This document shows positions 18,343 to 28,248 of a stretch of 53,828 nucleotides of DNA, piece by piece. The DNA is taken from positions 1 through 53,828 of the IMG/VR virus record IMGVR_UViG_3300037325_000128; one strand, given 5' to 3'. Positions within the stretch are counted from its first letter, which is position 1. Every line of letters starts with the position of its first letter. Both the position numbers and the translations under genes were made by a program. The notes below the pieces were generated by a model, which had not been told where the DNA came from, made no database searches, and saw only the letters and a program-made list of their open reading frames with translations. The stretch is from a virus. Its lineage: Duplodnaviria; Caudoviricetes.

Positions 18343-18421
18343 AGTTTTCCTTTAAATGTCAATTGCACGTTCGTATGTACATGTTTGTATTATAGCTGCA
18401 AATAGCGTAACTGTCACTTGG

Positions 18422-18664
18422 TTATACTAGAGTATTTGAAAATGTAAGTGCCTCATCTAGCGATCCATTGAATATTTTTTCTCGATGATTATCTAGTAAC
18501 TCGATTCGATTTACATATGTCAGTGGTTCGCCGAAAGGAGTTTCGGCAGGACCGACATGTGTAGATTGGTATCGCAGTATACCTTTTATCTTTTCAGAAT
18601 TGCGATTTGCAAATTTTTCCAGAACATTGTAGTTATGATAGGTGATTAGTGTATATCTTGACAT
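18422..18664 (-). CDS. hypothetical protein
   Basis: 80 aa, ATG 6 nt after a TATAAT. Confidence 0.7.
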   Translation of the reverse strand: MSRYTLITYHNYNVLEKFANRNSEKIKGILRYQSTHVGPAETPFGEPLTYVNRIELLDNHREKIFNGSLDEALTFSNTLV

Positions 18665-18670
18665 GCTTGT

Positions 18671-18699
18671 ATTATAGCTGGTTCTAATATGAATGTCAA
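18671..18699 (-). promoter_or_regulatory. consensus sigma70 promoter
   Basis: TTGACA-17-TATAAT. Confidence 0.85.
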
Positions 18700-18810
18700 C
18701 ATGAAATTAAGTGGCAACAGCTTGCCAGATACAAGCATCGTTGCCGCAGTTCCATATTTTAATATATCCATTATTTCTCATATGATTGTATTAGGTGCCA
18801 TAGAATGCAG

Positions 18811-18835
18811 AAAAGCCCGCAACTTGCGGGCTTTT
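18811..18835. terminator. bidirectional intrinsic terminator
   Basis: AAAAGCCCGCAA-C-TTGCGGGCTTTT. Confidence 0.85.
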
Positions 18836-18871
18836 GTCTTTGCTTATTGACCCTTACGGCCTAATAAAATC

Positions 18872-19969
18872 CTAGTCTTCCAAGATATACTTACCATACT
18901 TCTCATGGAAAGTCTTGAACTGCTTGAGCTCACGGTGGTTGATAGGCAGCTGATAATCTCGAAGCGCTGTCTTAGCACCCAACACAATCATCTCAGTATG
19001 GAAATTACTCATCATGAACTCGAAGAAATAATCCACACACTTATGCCATTCTGCCATGTCATATCCGTCTTCTTTGCTCTTTGCCCGAGCAACCCACTCT
19101 TGTAGAGTGTAACACATGGCGATCGACAAGGAATACATGGCGCTCAAGTCTTTAACGTTCAGGTCCTTTACCTTGCCAGTCAGTACATCTTCCGGCTTAG
19201 GCATACGTGATGCAACTTTACGGTGTGCAGAGAACTCAATTGCCAATCCATCTCCTACAGTTCCAGCCACTAGTGCAGTATTCATCGAATCGCTCATCTC
19301 ATCGCTGATCAACTGGCTCACGAACACCCACGAACGAGGAGTAGCAAACGCCTTGCTCGGGCTCTTGGGATCAAAGTCGAACAACTTTTGTTTGTGGTGA
19401 CTCAAAAAGCCGACCACGTCCGGGTGAATACGTGCGCCAATTGCCCACTTTTGCCAGTCTTCGAAGTTCGAACTCATCTCGATGTGAACCAAACGGTTTG
19501 CCAATGGACTCGGCATACGGTATGTAACACCTTTGTCGCTGTCTCGGTTACCTGCACACACCATGCTCACTCCCTTTGGGAGATGATATTCGCCGACCCG
19601 GCGGTTGAGAATCAGCTGATATGCTGCGGCTTGCACACTTGGAGCGGCAGCGTTGATCTCATCTAGGAACAGGATTGCATTAGACAGGTAGGTATCAGTC
19701 GGCAAGTCAGCGGGCTGAGCCCACTTCATGCTCTTGGTCGCTGGGTCAAAGTATGGAATACCTTTAATGTCAGTAGGCTCCAACAACAGCAAACGCATGT
19801 CAATTACTGGCCTGTCGGTTTCTCTGCCGATTTCTGCAATCAGTTCAGATTTACCAATACCGGGAGGTCCCCAGATCATTGCGGGACGACCAACCTTCAT
19901 ACAGCGGGTCAAGAGTGTTCGGACATCGCGGGGACGTTCGACGCGGTGATTATCATGTGTTACTGCCAT
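18872..19969 (-). CDS. MoxR-like AAA+ ATPase
   Basis: WGPPGIGKS, LFLDEIN, CAGNR, PLANR, ATPRSW. Confidence 0.93.
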   Translation of the reverse strand: MAVTHDNHRVERPRDVRTLLTRCMKVGRPAMIWGPPGIGKSELIAEIGRETDRPVIDMRLLLLEPTDIKGIPYFDPATKSMKWAQPADLPTDTYLSNAILFLDEINAAAPSVQAAAYQLILNRRVGEYHLPKGVSMVCAGNRDSDKGVTYRMPSPLANRLVHIEMSSNFEDWQKWAIGARIHPDVVGFLSHHKQKLFDFDPKSPSKAFATPRSWVFVSQLISDEMSDSMNTALVAGTVGDGLAIEFSAHRKVASRMPKPEDVLTGKVKDLNVKDLSAMYSLSIAMCYTLQEWVARAKSKEDGYDMAEWHKCVDYFFEFMMSNFHTEMIVLGAKTALRDYQLPINHRELKQFKTFHEKYGKYILED

Positions 19970-20007
19970 TTTGCGTTTTCTCCAGGGTTAAAAGTTGCTA
20001 TGTATGT

Positions 20008-20036
20008 ATTATGCAATACATGTCTGATCCTGTCAA
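20008..20036 (-). promoter_or_regulatory. sigma70-type promoter
   Basis: TTGACA-17-CATAAT. Confidence 0.7.
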
Positions 20037-20115
20037 CTGATGTCATTTTTTCTCATATAGCTCTTTTGCCTATGCAGAAAGATGCTGTATCGATAATCCG
20101 GTGATACAGTATTAG

Positions 20116-20337
20116 TCATCTTGCGTGACCGTAATATTTGATTAAGGTATCGATTGCATGCAGGTATGCCTGATTATTGGTATAATCCTCTTCATGCATA
20201 TATTCACCCTTCTTAACATGCTTCTTCAAGAAATTCTTAATCAGTTTCTTAGACTCCTTTAAAGTTGCCAACGTGATTGCGTCGGCAACCTCATACGACA
20301 AGCTAATTCCTTCAATACTATCAGCCTTTTTACTCAT
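20116..20337 (-). CDS. hypothetical protein
   Basis: 73 aa ORF. Confidence 0.7.
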   Translation of the reverse strand: MSKKADSIEGISLSYEVADAITLATLKESKKLIKNFLKKHVKKGEYMHEEDYTNNQAYLHAIDTLIKYYGHAR

Positions 20338-20338
20338 A

Positions 20339-20575
20339 TCAATCTCCTAAGTCACAAAAATAGTTATAGTTACAGTTGGGGCAATGCATATAGATGTATC
20401 TTTCCGAACAGTACTCCTCGTTATCCACTCCGTCCACTTCGTCTGCATCGTCATGAATCCAAAGCTGTTTTAATTCCCTTGCTTTATCCCCGTCAATAGA
20501 CATGTGATTCTGTTTAGTGCAATGCAAGATTTCTACGTCTGCAGGCAAGTTTGGATATCTGCACCTATCATTCAT
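20339..20575 (-). CDS. hypothetical zinc-ribbon protein
   Basis: CPNC motif. Confidence 0.65.
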   Translation of the reverse strand: MNDRCRYPNLPADVEILHCTKQNHMSIDGDKARELKQLWIHDDADEVDGVDNEEYCSERYIYMHCPNCNYNYFCDLGD

Positions 20576-20583
20576 CTCTATTC

Positions 20584-20922
20584 CTATTTAATTTTACCAG
20601 CCAGCACGTCCCACATTAACTTAGATTCCGCTTCTTTGATGAAGGTGGGCCAGATTACACTTAATTTATGTTCGTCGACCTCTGTGTAGCCCTTCTTAAG
20701 CTTAGACTGAACTAGTTTGTCCAGGTCTATCCCGGTAACACCGGCCTTAAATTGCATTGCCTTACCTCTGGCCGCCCAAAAGATGCAGCAATACTGATTC
20801 CAGTGCTGTGGTGTCCACTCCCACGGGCGTGTGCGTTTAGGTGACGGCCTGAGGAAATATCCCCATATTTTGTCAGATGTTCCTTCGGTGTTCCATCCAA
20901 TAAAGATAAACTGTTGACTCAT
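20584..20922 (-). CDS. WGR-like domain protein
   Basis: SDKIWG..IFWAARG..KLKKGY. Confidence 0.6.
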   Translation of the reverse strand: MSQQFIFIGWNTEGTSDKIWGYFLRPSPKRTRPWEWTPQHWNQYCCIFWAARGKAMQFKAGVTGIDLDKLVQSKLKKGYTEVDEHKLSVIWPTFIKEAESKLMWDVLAGKIK

Positions 20923-21572
20923 CGTTTTCCCTTTAGTACGTTAGACATCTGATCCATTTCCATCTCATTAACTTGGCACTGGAGACCGGGCCAGTCTGCG
21001 ATAAATATGCTCCCGTGGAATCCCCACCATTCGTTACGGCCGCCGCCTGTGCCGGTATGGATTCTTAATCCCTCTAGTAACGAGGTTGTGGGGTATTCTC
21101 CTGTATATCTGGGCGATCGACTAAGACTACCTTCTATACGGAATTCGAACCCAGGATAGCCCATGGGCTCGGGAGGAGGGTCTTCACTGATATACCAGTT
21201 TCGTCTAACGCCACCCTCGGGGCAACAGTGAGTGTTAGAAACCAATTTGCTATATCGAACCTGAGTAAATTCCAAATTTGTATACTTATCATCGTCGAAG
21301 AATTTCCCCGCCCAGTGGGGTGTTGTTAAATGCTTGGAATTTAAGGCAGCGAACAGTGTTTTCTGATTCGTTAATAACCATGGCAAGATATCTCCCATAT
21401 GAGCGAGTCTTGCCTTTTCCGTAGTAAGCCAGGCATTGAATTTGTCACCCTCATTTTTTCGTTTCTCTTCTTTCCTTCGGGCATTCGAAAGAATCCTAAT
21501 GTGATTTTTGTATTTTTTATCACATTCAAAGAGTAGCCCAGTATGAGGACATTTGTTTACAATTAGCTTCAT
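20919..21572 (-). CDS. hypothetical protein
   Basis: 217 aa; KCPHTG..IHTGTGGG; ATGA coupling. Confidence 0.8.
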   Translation of the reverse strand: MKLIVNKCPHTGLLFECDKKYKNHIRILSNARRKEEKRKNEGDKFNAWLTTEKARLAHMGDILPWLLTNQKTLFAALNSKHLTTPHWAGKFFDDDKYTNLEFTQVRYSKLVSNTHCCPEGGVRRNWYISEDPPPEPMGYPGFEFRIEGSLSRSPRYTGEYPTTSLLEGLRIHTGTGGGRNEWWGFHGSIFIADWPGLQCQVNEMEMDQMSNVLKGKR

Positions 21573-21937
21573 TTGAGCTTTCCGTCGATTTCATTAAGTC
21601 GGATCTGCAGTGTGTCTCTTTCTGCCAGAAGTCGTCTACGTTCAGCATTAGTCTCCTTGCTAATAAGAGGAATATCCATATTCACATATTCTATATCTCC
21701 GCCAGCACCACATGACCAGAACCCTGGAAGATCAACAGCATATTCTATAACATCCGCTAGCTTGCCTCTTACCGTCCCCAGCTCAGGGCGGTGGCCAAAG
21801 CCACCGAAGTCAGCATTCAGCGTTTCGCCAAATATCAGCCAGGCGCCCATTGTATCCAGTGTGTACATGTTTAACAAATGAGAACCACCGATAGACTCGG
21901 TCGTAAAATAGTTAATTCGTTCTTCAGTGCTTTTCAT
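21569..21937 (-). CDS. hypothetical protein
   Basis: 122 aa ORF. Confidence 0.75.
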   Translation of the reverse strand: MKSTEERINYFTTESIGGSHLLNMYTLDTMGAWLIFGETLNADFGGFGHRPELGTVRGKLADVIEYAVDLPGFWSCGAGGDIEYVNMDIPLISKETNAERRRLLAERDTLQIRLNEIDGKLK

Positions 21938-21960
21938 TAGTGTGATCCCGGGTTAAGTGG

Positions 21961-21993
21961 ATAAAGGTAGCAGACAAGTCTTGCTACCTTTAT
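21961..21993. terminator. hairpin overlapping a promoter -10 box
   Basis: ATAAAGGTAGCA..TGCTACCTTTAT, adjacent to TTGATT-17-TATAAT (21992..22020). Confidence 0.6.
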
Positions 21994-22026
21994 TATATCA
22001 CAGATTTATTTTACAATCAACTGATA

Positions 22027-22626
22027 TCAGATAATAATGGTTGCGCCAATGATCATCGAAAGTCCTGATACTGCGATCATTATCCAGACTGCAAGCCATT
22101 CACCGTCATTCACTAACTGTCTAAATCCCTGTGGAACACGAATCATGCGAGTTCCCTTAAACATTCCGAATAGATAGCTGTATTGTACTTCCTTAAACTC
22201 CTTCGTAAACAATCGTTTGTAGATCGCCCGAGCAGCAATCTGCCCGACAATAATAAAGAATAGACCTATGAACAGATTTGCAATCGATGCGCCGGCCACT
22301 TTCCAAATAATCAATGCTGCTGTTATTTTGCCTGCATCTGTTGCTAGAAATTCGTTAACAGTAACACCCAATTCTCTGGCAGCGAGACTCATTGCCTTTG
22401 CAAAGCCTTCGGCAGCCGCGCCTGCTTGTTGACCCCATGTTGCAGCAAGAGTCACCATGGCACCGACTCCCTCGGTGTTTGCAACCTCAGACACTTTCTT
22501 TGCAGCAACAGCTCTCAATTCGGCAATTTGTGCCTCATTTAAACCGCTTACATCAAAAGATGTCGTTGCTGCAAAACTCGTAGAACAGAGTGTCAGTACC
22601 ATCGCAATCAAAATTTTATAAAACAT
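22027..22626 (-). CDS. membrane protein with signal peptide
   Basis: Signal peptide plus hydrophobic helices. Confidence 0.8.
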   Translation of the reverse strand: MFYKILIAMVLTLCSTSFAATTSFDVSGLNEAQIAELRAVAAKKVSEVANTEGVGAMVTLAATWGQQAGAAAEGFAKAMSLAARELGVTVNEFLATDAGKITAALIIWKVAGASIANLFIGLFFIIVGQIAARAIYKRLFTKEFKEVQYSYLFGMFKGTRMIRVPQGFRQLVNDGEWLAVWIMIAVSGLSMIIGATIII

Positions 22627-22651
22627 AATTTTTCCTTATTTAGAGTTTGGT

Positions 22652-23740
22652 TTAAAATGCGCTTAACCAGTTGTACGCAGGCCTGCCTCTGCTAAGATCT
22701 TCACGTGTAAATACTACGACCGCAGTGTCAGGCTTACCTTCGTTGATTATATAAGTAAAAGTCCCGGCTTCGGGATCAATTTTCGTCAGCTGTGTTGGTG
22801 TCACTTCTATCTCGATACTGTCTGTATCGTCATTCGATGGGTCTAGATCAATCCATACCTTGATAGCATCGTGTGCAACAGGATTACCATGGATTACCGT
22901 AGGAGAGAATTGTCGTGTTGTCAATTCCTTACCCTCCATATATACCTTAACATCATGTCGGATGCTACCCGCATCAAACGGCTTTGCATTCAACATGTCC
23001 AGCGCCTGATTTGGCGTCTCGTTGTACCGATTCATTTCCTCGACTAGTGCTTTGAGCATGTCGAAGTTGAAAGAATCAAACATCATTCTCAGTCGAACAA
23101 TTTGTTCGATGTGAGTTTTGTCATTCAATGTATCGAAACAATATTCACGAATAAAATCAGCATCCAATCCTTTGTAATCAATCATATAGAAGATACGGCC
23201 TGGGCGGTTTCGCATATGCTGATTCACTTTGTACTTATCGTTGACAGTCAGTACAAATAATTTCTTGGTAGGGTATACTCCGTCCAGCAAAGTCAACGTA
23301 GCTGCTTGTTGCTCGTCGTCGAATACTTTTTCAAACTCGTCGAACACAATCACACATGGTTCGTCGATTGATTGGATGAATGTATTGAACGAGTCGCCGC
23401 AAAATGGTGTGTTAATAACCAGTGTGGAGATGCCCTGAGTGGCAGCTTGCTGACTAATCAGCTTGGCCAGCATAGTCTTACCACTGCCCTTCTCTCCATT
23501 TAGCAACACACCGGTAGCATTGGGCCGCGAATGGAAAGTATTCAGAATTCGGCCTGCTTGGTTTCCCGTCTTTCCGTAAATCTTGCCAGAAATTTCAAAA
23601 TCAGTAATGGGTTTTAGATAAAACCCACGAATAGGATTAGCCCCGACTGTATAGGTGCCTACGGGCAGATTCTTACGAATATCATACGCCCCTTCTGCTG
23701 TGGGCCAGAGTAGTTCGCCGTCTTTCAAATAAAAGCTCAT
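22652..23740 (-). CDS. AAA+ ATPase
   Basis: GEKGSGKT, IVFDEFEK, NRPGRIFY. Confidence 0.92.
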   Translation of the reverse strand: MSFYLKDGELLWPTAEGAYDIRKNLPVGTYTVGANPIRGFYLKPITDFEISGKIYGKTGNQAGRILNTFHSRPNATGVLLNGEKGSGKTMLAKLISQQAATQGISTLVINTPFCGDSFNTFIQSIDEPCVIVFDEFEKVFDDEQQAATLTLLDGVYPTKKLFVLTVNDKYKVNQHMRNRPGRIFYMIDYKGLDADFIREYCFDTLNDKTHIEQIVRLRMMFDSFNFDMLKALVEEMNRYNETPNQALDMLNAKPFDAGSIRHDVKVYMEGKELTTRQFSPTVIHGNPVAHDAIKVWIDLDPSNDDTDSIEIEVTPTQLTKIDPEAGTFTYIINEGKPDTAVVVFTREDLSRGRPAYNWLSAF

Positions 23741-23752
23741 TGTATTATTTCT

Positions 23753-24229
23753 TTAAAGTGTAGTTACTGTAGAATCGGGCAACCACAGTGTGACAGGAAT
23801 TGTCATAGTTTGTTCGATAATTTCCCGAATAATTTCCCAATTACCGCCGCCTCTTGCAGCACCTATTAGCGGAACATGCATTACATTATGCATTGAATCT
23901 GCGTATTGTGTCAACTGACTATTAATCTGTGAGAAGCAAGTTTCGATTGCATCATAGCTAACCTGACGTTGGCCGTGACCATATGTGCCCTGAGTAATTG
24001 CATTCCATATAACTAGATCCGAGGTGACAGGAACTGGATAAGCAACTCCTAGTATCAGGCCATATTCTTCGTGCTGTTTGCGGTAGGTCTGATATGCAGT
24101 TGGATATGTTTCCTTGACTGCAACTGCGACGCCAGATCCCATTACCCCTTGTGCATTACACCCATGCACAATATGTCCACGGGTCACGTGCAAGAGATTG
24201 CCAAGTTTAGTTTCAATCTTAATACTCAT
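23753..24229 (-). CDS. macro domain (ADP-ribose processing) protein
   Basis: GNLL..IVHGCNAQGVMGSGVA..PLIGAARGGGNW. Confidence 0.92.
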   Translation of the reverse strand: MSIKIETKLGNLLHVTRGHIVHGCNAQGVMGSGVAVAVKETYPTAYQTYRKQHEEYGLILGVAYPVPVTSDLVIWNAITQGTYGHGQRQVSYDAIETCFSQINSQLTQYADSMHNVMHVPLIGAARGGGNWEIIREIIEQTMTIPVTLWLPDSTVTTL

Positions 24230-24675
24230 TTGTTACCTTTATCTGAAATAGAAACACCGACACAATATTTTTCAGTGAAGCTCTTGTATGCATGGACTAT
24301 AAAGCCATGGTTTGTGGAATCTTTATTTCTAGCAATCGAACTAACACCATTGCCAAATTCTGCTATCATGTTAACTAGGATAACGATCGAGAATCCCACT
24401 GTAAATACAGCTATAAAGAATATTGTGAAGGCGCCTATCTGGGACATTATCCATGTTCCGTATACTATGCTAAATACCAGGCCCATTATAAGATCAGATA
24501 TCGGAAATAGAAACGCAACAGAAAATGCAATAATAAGCACCAGTGATACAAACCCAAGCATAACACTCTGAGTATATGAGCATAAATCAGTGTTGTCTTC
24601 CCATGGGCGGAGGTTGCCATACACAGTTGCAATTCTGTAATGCCAAGACTGTCGGTTAAATTCTAATGTCTTCAT
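24226..24675 (-). CDS. membrane protein
   Basis: SWHYR..DLCSY followed by TM helices. Confidence 0.75.
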   Translation of the reverse strand: MKTLEFNRQSWHYRIATVYGNLRPWEDNTDLCSYTQSVMLGFVSLVLIIAFSVAFLFPISDLIMGLVFSIVYGTWIMSQIGAFTIFFIAVFTVGFSIVILVNMIAEFGNGVSSIARNKDSTNHGFIVHAYKSFTEKYCVGVSISDKGNK

Positions 24676-24854
24676 TTTAGCCCTTTAAGTTTATTTATTA
24701 CGTCTTGCATGGCGTACATGTCATGGCACGGCATCGCTGCGGCATCCCGGTACTTCCGACCACTGCTTGGCATTGTTCGCAACGATGGCAAGTACCAGAC
24801 TACTCATCAAAATAAGCCACAGCCCCACATAGTAGTATAAAGCCAGAGTAATCA

Positions 24855-25919
24855 TTATTCATCTCGTTCTGCATTCTCAGCAGCAAGGATCTTCAGCACA
24901 GTATTTGCCAGGACTGTGTGCCCCAGATGATCCGAACCCTGTCCGCCGCCACGTGTCTGCTTGGACCAGTGCTTGCGAGTATGGCCCATATAGCTGTTGA
25001 CCCAGGCTACAGTAAGTGCTTCCTTGATAAACGATGCAAGCCCGTCCCAGTCATTACTATCTACATATTCCGCAACGTGGAAGTCGACATTGATCAACCC
25101 AAACACACTTGAGGAGTTATTGAATACACGCATCCATCGTGCAGCCAGACATGTATCATTATAATCGTAGTCGTTCGCATATAACGTCCTATATGTGAAA
25201 TTGCTCATAGGGGTGCCAGCAAGCTCCTTTTGCTTTTTCTCTATTTCTGCCTTTTCAGCCTGTTTCCTTGCAATCAATTCTGATATCGAGTGCTCGACCT
25301 CTTTAAAATAGGTATGTGTGTAGCGGTTGCCATGGCCGCACTGGCCCAACTCCTCGCCTACGTATTCCTCAACATACCATGTATCCATTATGCTGCGGAA
25401 AATATCACAATGCACTATAATATGAGTTACTTGACGAAATGTATCCTCTTGCTTTATTTTGGCAGCAAGGCGATTCATTTCAAAAATCTGTGAATTTGTA
25501 AGCGATTCTCCTTCGGTCCGCTTTCGCTCAAGTTCGCCGAGATCGGCGCCATCCTGATCCCAGTGATACAAATGCTGGATACCCAACCGTGACTCATTAT
25601 CAGCTTTGAATAACCGATCAATGTCAAAATTTCCCCTGTTTACTTCCATATCATGGACAGAATTTGGGCCTTGCCCAAATTCGTACAACTGGTTACGAAT
25701 TTCTTCCAGAACAATATTTAGACCAAATCCGAAACAGTCTTCGACGCCGCCGTAGTCGTCGTATTTTCCGTAAAAGGGAATCGGGCAGACATCATAGAAT
25801 GCATTGCTATAGCACAGGGAGGTACCATCCCTGCTTTTCAGCAGCATAAAGACTACAACATCAGTACCCGAAGTGATGTGCAGATTCGATATAGCGCATG
25901 TTCCGTTCCAACTTCCCAT
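24855..25919 (-). CDS. conserved phage hypothetical protein
   Basis: MGSWNGTCAISNLHI..PFYGKYDDYG. Confidence 0.85.
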   Translation of the reverse strand: MGSWNGTCAISNLHITSGTDVVVFMLLKSRDGTSLCYSNAFYDVCPIPFYGKYDDYGGVEDCFGFGLNIVLEEIRNQLYEFGQGPNSVHDMEVNRGNFDIDRLFKADNESRLGIQHLYHWDQDGADLGELERKRTEGESLTNSQIFEMNRLAAKIKQEDTFRQVTHIIVHCDIFRSIMDTWYVEEYVGEELGQCGHGNRYTHTYFKEVEHSISELIARKQAEKAEIEKKQKELAGTPMSNFTYRTLYANDYDYNDTCLAARWMRVFNNSSSVFGLINVDFHVAEYVDSNDWDGLASFIKEALTVAWVNSYMGHTRKHWSKQTRGGGQGSDHLGHTVLANTVLKILAAENAERDE

Positions 25920-26236
25920 TACTTATTCTCCTTAAATTTTTCAGACAAGCGTTGAAATTCAGCCAAATCCCGGGCCTCTACTGCTACCCTGTAAGAGTTT
26001 TCTTCTTTAACTCGTTTGTCTTGCTCTGCATCGGTTTCTAGCCGATCGACTAAAATTCGATATCCAGGGGTAGATTCATATTTTTCAAACCCATACTCGC
26101 TGTAGTCCAATCGGGCCGATGGCCCGTACTCTTTGACCCAGGCATCGACTGTGGTTTTTAAGGACTCTAGTGTTGTGTCAAATGTATACACCGACAAGAT
26201 GTTTGCATTTTCGGTAATGGTCAATTTTTTAGTCAT
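25919..26236 (-). CDS. hypothetical protein
   Basis: 105 aa; RLETDAE..EFQRL. Confidence 0.75.
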   Translation of the reverse strand: MTKKLTITENANILSVYTFDTTLESLKTTVDAWVKEYGPSARLDYSEYGFEKYESTPGYRILVDRLETDAEQDKRVKEENSYRVAVEARDLAEFQRLSEKFKENK

Positions 26237-26272
26237 ACATTATAATTCACAGTTTAAACTTCCGGACAATGC

Positions 26273-26575
26273 TTATTCATTGGGGAATTCATCCATGATT
26301 GATTTGCTACGCCGCTGCTCGGTGGCGGCCCTACCTTGCTTGCTCCAGGAATAATCCTCCGGAAGCTTATCACTCACCCCCGGTTTTCCGACTGAGTTAG
26401 GATTCTGCGACACAAACGTAACATATGCGAAGTCGGGATTTTTACGCAAGACTTCGACAAAAGAGAGTGCTCCCGTCATTTCGTTCATTTCGAAGTGCTT
26501 CTGCTCGGGACAGAATTTTTCTCCCGTAATATTAACCCAATATACCATAAAACCAATAAGTTTATTTTTATCCAT
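26273..26575 (-). CDS. hypothetical protein
   Basis: 100 aa; SQNPNSVGKPGV. Confidence 0.75.
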   Translation of the reverse strand: MDKNKLIGFMVYWVNITGEKFCPEQKHFEMNEMTGALSFVEVLRKNPDFAYVTFVSQNPNSVGKPGVSDKLPEDYSWSKQGRAATEQRRSKSIMDEFPNE

Positions 26576-26580
26576 ACTAT

Positions 26581-26609
26581 ATTGTAGTGTTATGTTAAAT
26601 AAGAGTCAA
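26581..26609 (-). promoter_or_regulatory. sigma70-type promoter
   Basis: TTGACT-17-TACAAT. Confidence 0.65.
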
Positions 26610-26620
26610 ATGACTGTCGG

Positions 26621-27403
26621 TTATTTTACACTGCCGATGTTGCAATCTAGCAAAGACTCCAGTTGGCCTACGCACTTTATCAACATGTCTCGATGTCTTG
26701 TTGTCCAGATAATATCGGCATAGTCGGTTGTTTTTTCCGGGTATTTTTTAGCCTGACCAGGAACTATCCCCATAATTTCCGAAATAATGTCGTCGGCCAT
26801 TTTATCCAGATCGGGGTCTGGAATATACGGCATGTATTCCCACACGTCATTTTTGTCAATTGCTTCAGTTAGGAAGCGTGTCCATGCTTTGACAAAATTA
26901 ATTGCAATCTGTAAAAACCACTTCGGAGTATTATCGTTAAGATGATAGATATCGCTGTAGGCCATACTAAGTGGGTATGGGCGCAAGTGATGCTCGTAAA
27001 AACCGGGGTCGTCCTGTCGGCGCACAGCTTGCATGTTGACTAAATTGCTATATAGAGCTTGCTCGGTAAATGCAGAGTCGTCGATATCAAAGACTTTGTA
27101 CATTTCGCAGCACTTTTCTAGATATGCTAGATCTTCTGGCAAGACGGCCGCATTAAACCTGACTGCATAATCTTTTTCCTTTTGGTGACACTGTTGGATC
27201 AAAATGTCCCATTCCTCGGGAGTCATCGAGGGGTACTCGGTAATAGGTAAACCAGCACCGTCTACGATCATCCCAGACGAATTATCGACATCATATCCAT
27301 TGCCGATCGTAAATAACAGATGATCCAGCAGTCTTGCAACTGTCGGATAGATACTTGCATATTCGCAGAGGTGACGATTGGTAAAATTATGAATGTTGGC
27401 CAT
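26621..27403 (-). CDS. hypothetical protein
   Basis: Long ORF; start placed at MANIH. Confidence 0.75.
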   Translation of the reverse strand: MANIHNFTNRHLCEYASIYPTVARLLDHLLFTIGNGYDVDNSSGMIVDGAGLPITEYPSMTPEEWDILIQQCHQKEKDYAVRFNAAVLPEDLAYLEKCCEMYKVFDIDDSAFTEQALYSNLVNMQAVRRQDDPGFYEHHLRPYPLSMAYSDIYHLNDNTPKWFLQIAINFVKAWTRFLTEAIDKNDVWEYMPYIPDPDLDKMADDIISEIMGIVPGQAKKYPEKTTDYADIIWTTRHRDMLIKCVGQLESLLDCNIGSVK

Positions 27404-27590
27404 GAGTTCTTTCGTTGCGCTCGAGTGATTGACTATATTCAGCGGCAACGGATTCCAGCGCCTTAGCAAGCGTCTTACCTGTTGTGCCGACATATTGTAC
27501 ACCGTCTTTCCAATGTGCATATAAGGAAATCCCTTCGGCCTTTCCGGTATAGAATGAATGGATTTTTTCGTCTGTTTGTTCTTTGGTCAT
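27387..27590 (-). CDS. hypothetical protein
   Basis: YAHWKDGVQYVGTTGKTL; start placed at MTKEQ. Confidence 0.7.
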   Translation of the reverse strand: MTKEQTDEKIHSFYTGKAEGISLYAHWKDGVQYVGTTGKTLAKALESVAAEYSQSLERNERTHGQHS

Positions 27591-27800
27591 GATAATATAT
27601 AAAGTTTCCCGCGAGCGCTGTGCCGATGTCATTCCACTATCCATGTATCGTATGTCCAGTGGTATTTATTAAAAAATCGTTGGCTGCTTCCAAGGACATC
27701 CAACAGGCTCTTTTTCGCTCTCTGACATAAGAACAACTATCTTATGCACCTCAAGAAACGGCGTTCGAACCAAGGAGTTAAATGTATCTTCTTCAGTCAT
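27587..27800 (-). pseudogene. disrupted paralog family A gene
   Basis: MTEEDTFNSLVRTPF stops after 43 aa; the family motif KYHWT is in the +1 frame, which has a TGA at 27629 and then ends overlapping the next ATG. Confidence 0.55.
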
Positions 27801-27910
27801 AAAAAGGTGTTGTACATGATTATAGCGTACAACCATCTTTTAGTCTACAGGTATAGTACTCGAGTTAAGCGAATTATGTCATTTACCGAGGACTAGTTGC
27901 CTGCTAGCGT

Positions 27911-28195
27911 CTATCGGTGAATGTGAGGGGTTGGTATATTTCCTCTAATAAATTCCCAACTACCAAATTCTTTCATTGCACGACTATATTCCCCGACTGG
28001 CTTTCCAATCCAGTACTTACCCAGTATATCCGATGCCTTGCACCATTTGGCATTGTTTTCCGGTTTGCCTGAGTAAGGATTCTCGAATGAATAATGATCG
28101 CTGTGGCCGCCCGACATTGAGACAATCTGCAATGGTCTACACCAGTCAGATGGCAGGATTATATCGGCATCTTCTAAAATACTGATACTCTTCAT
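27911..28195 (-). CDS. hypothetical protein
   Basis: 94 aa ORF. Confidence 0.75.
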   Translation of the reverse strand: MKSISILEDADIILPSDWCRPLQIVSMSGGHSDHYSFENPYSGKPENNAKWCKASDILGKYWIGKPVGEYSRAMKEFGSWEFIRGNIPTPHIHR

Positions 28196-28248
28196 ATTAT
28201 CCTTGTCTATTTTTTAATCGTTCCATGCACTCTGTCAGAGTACACGTA

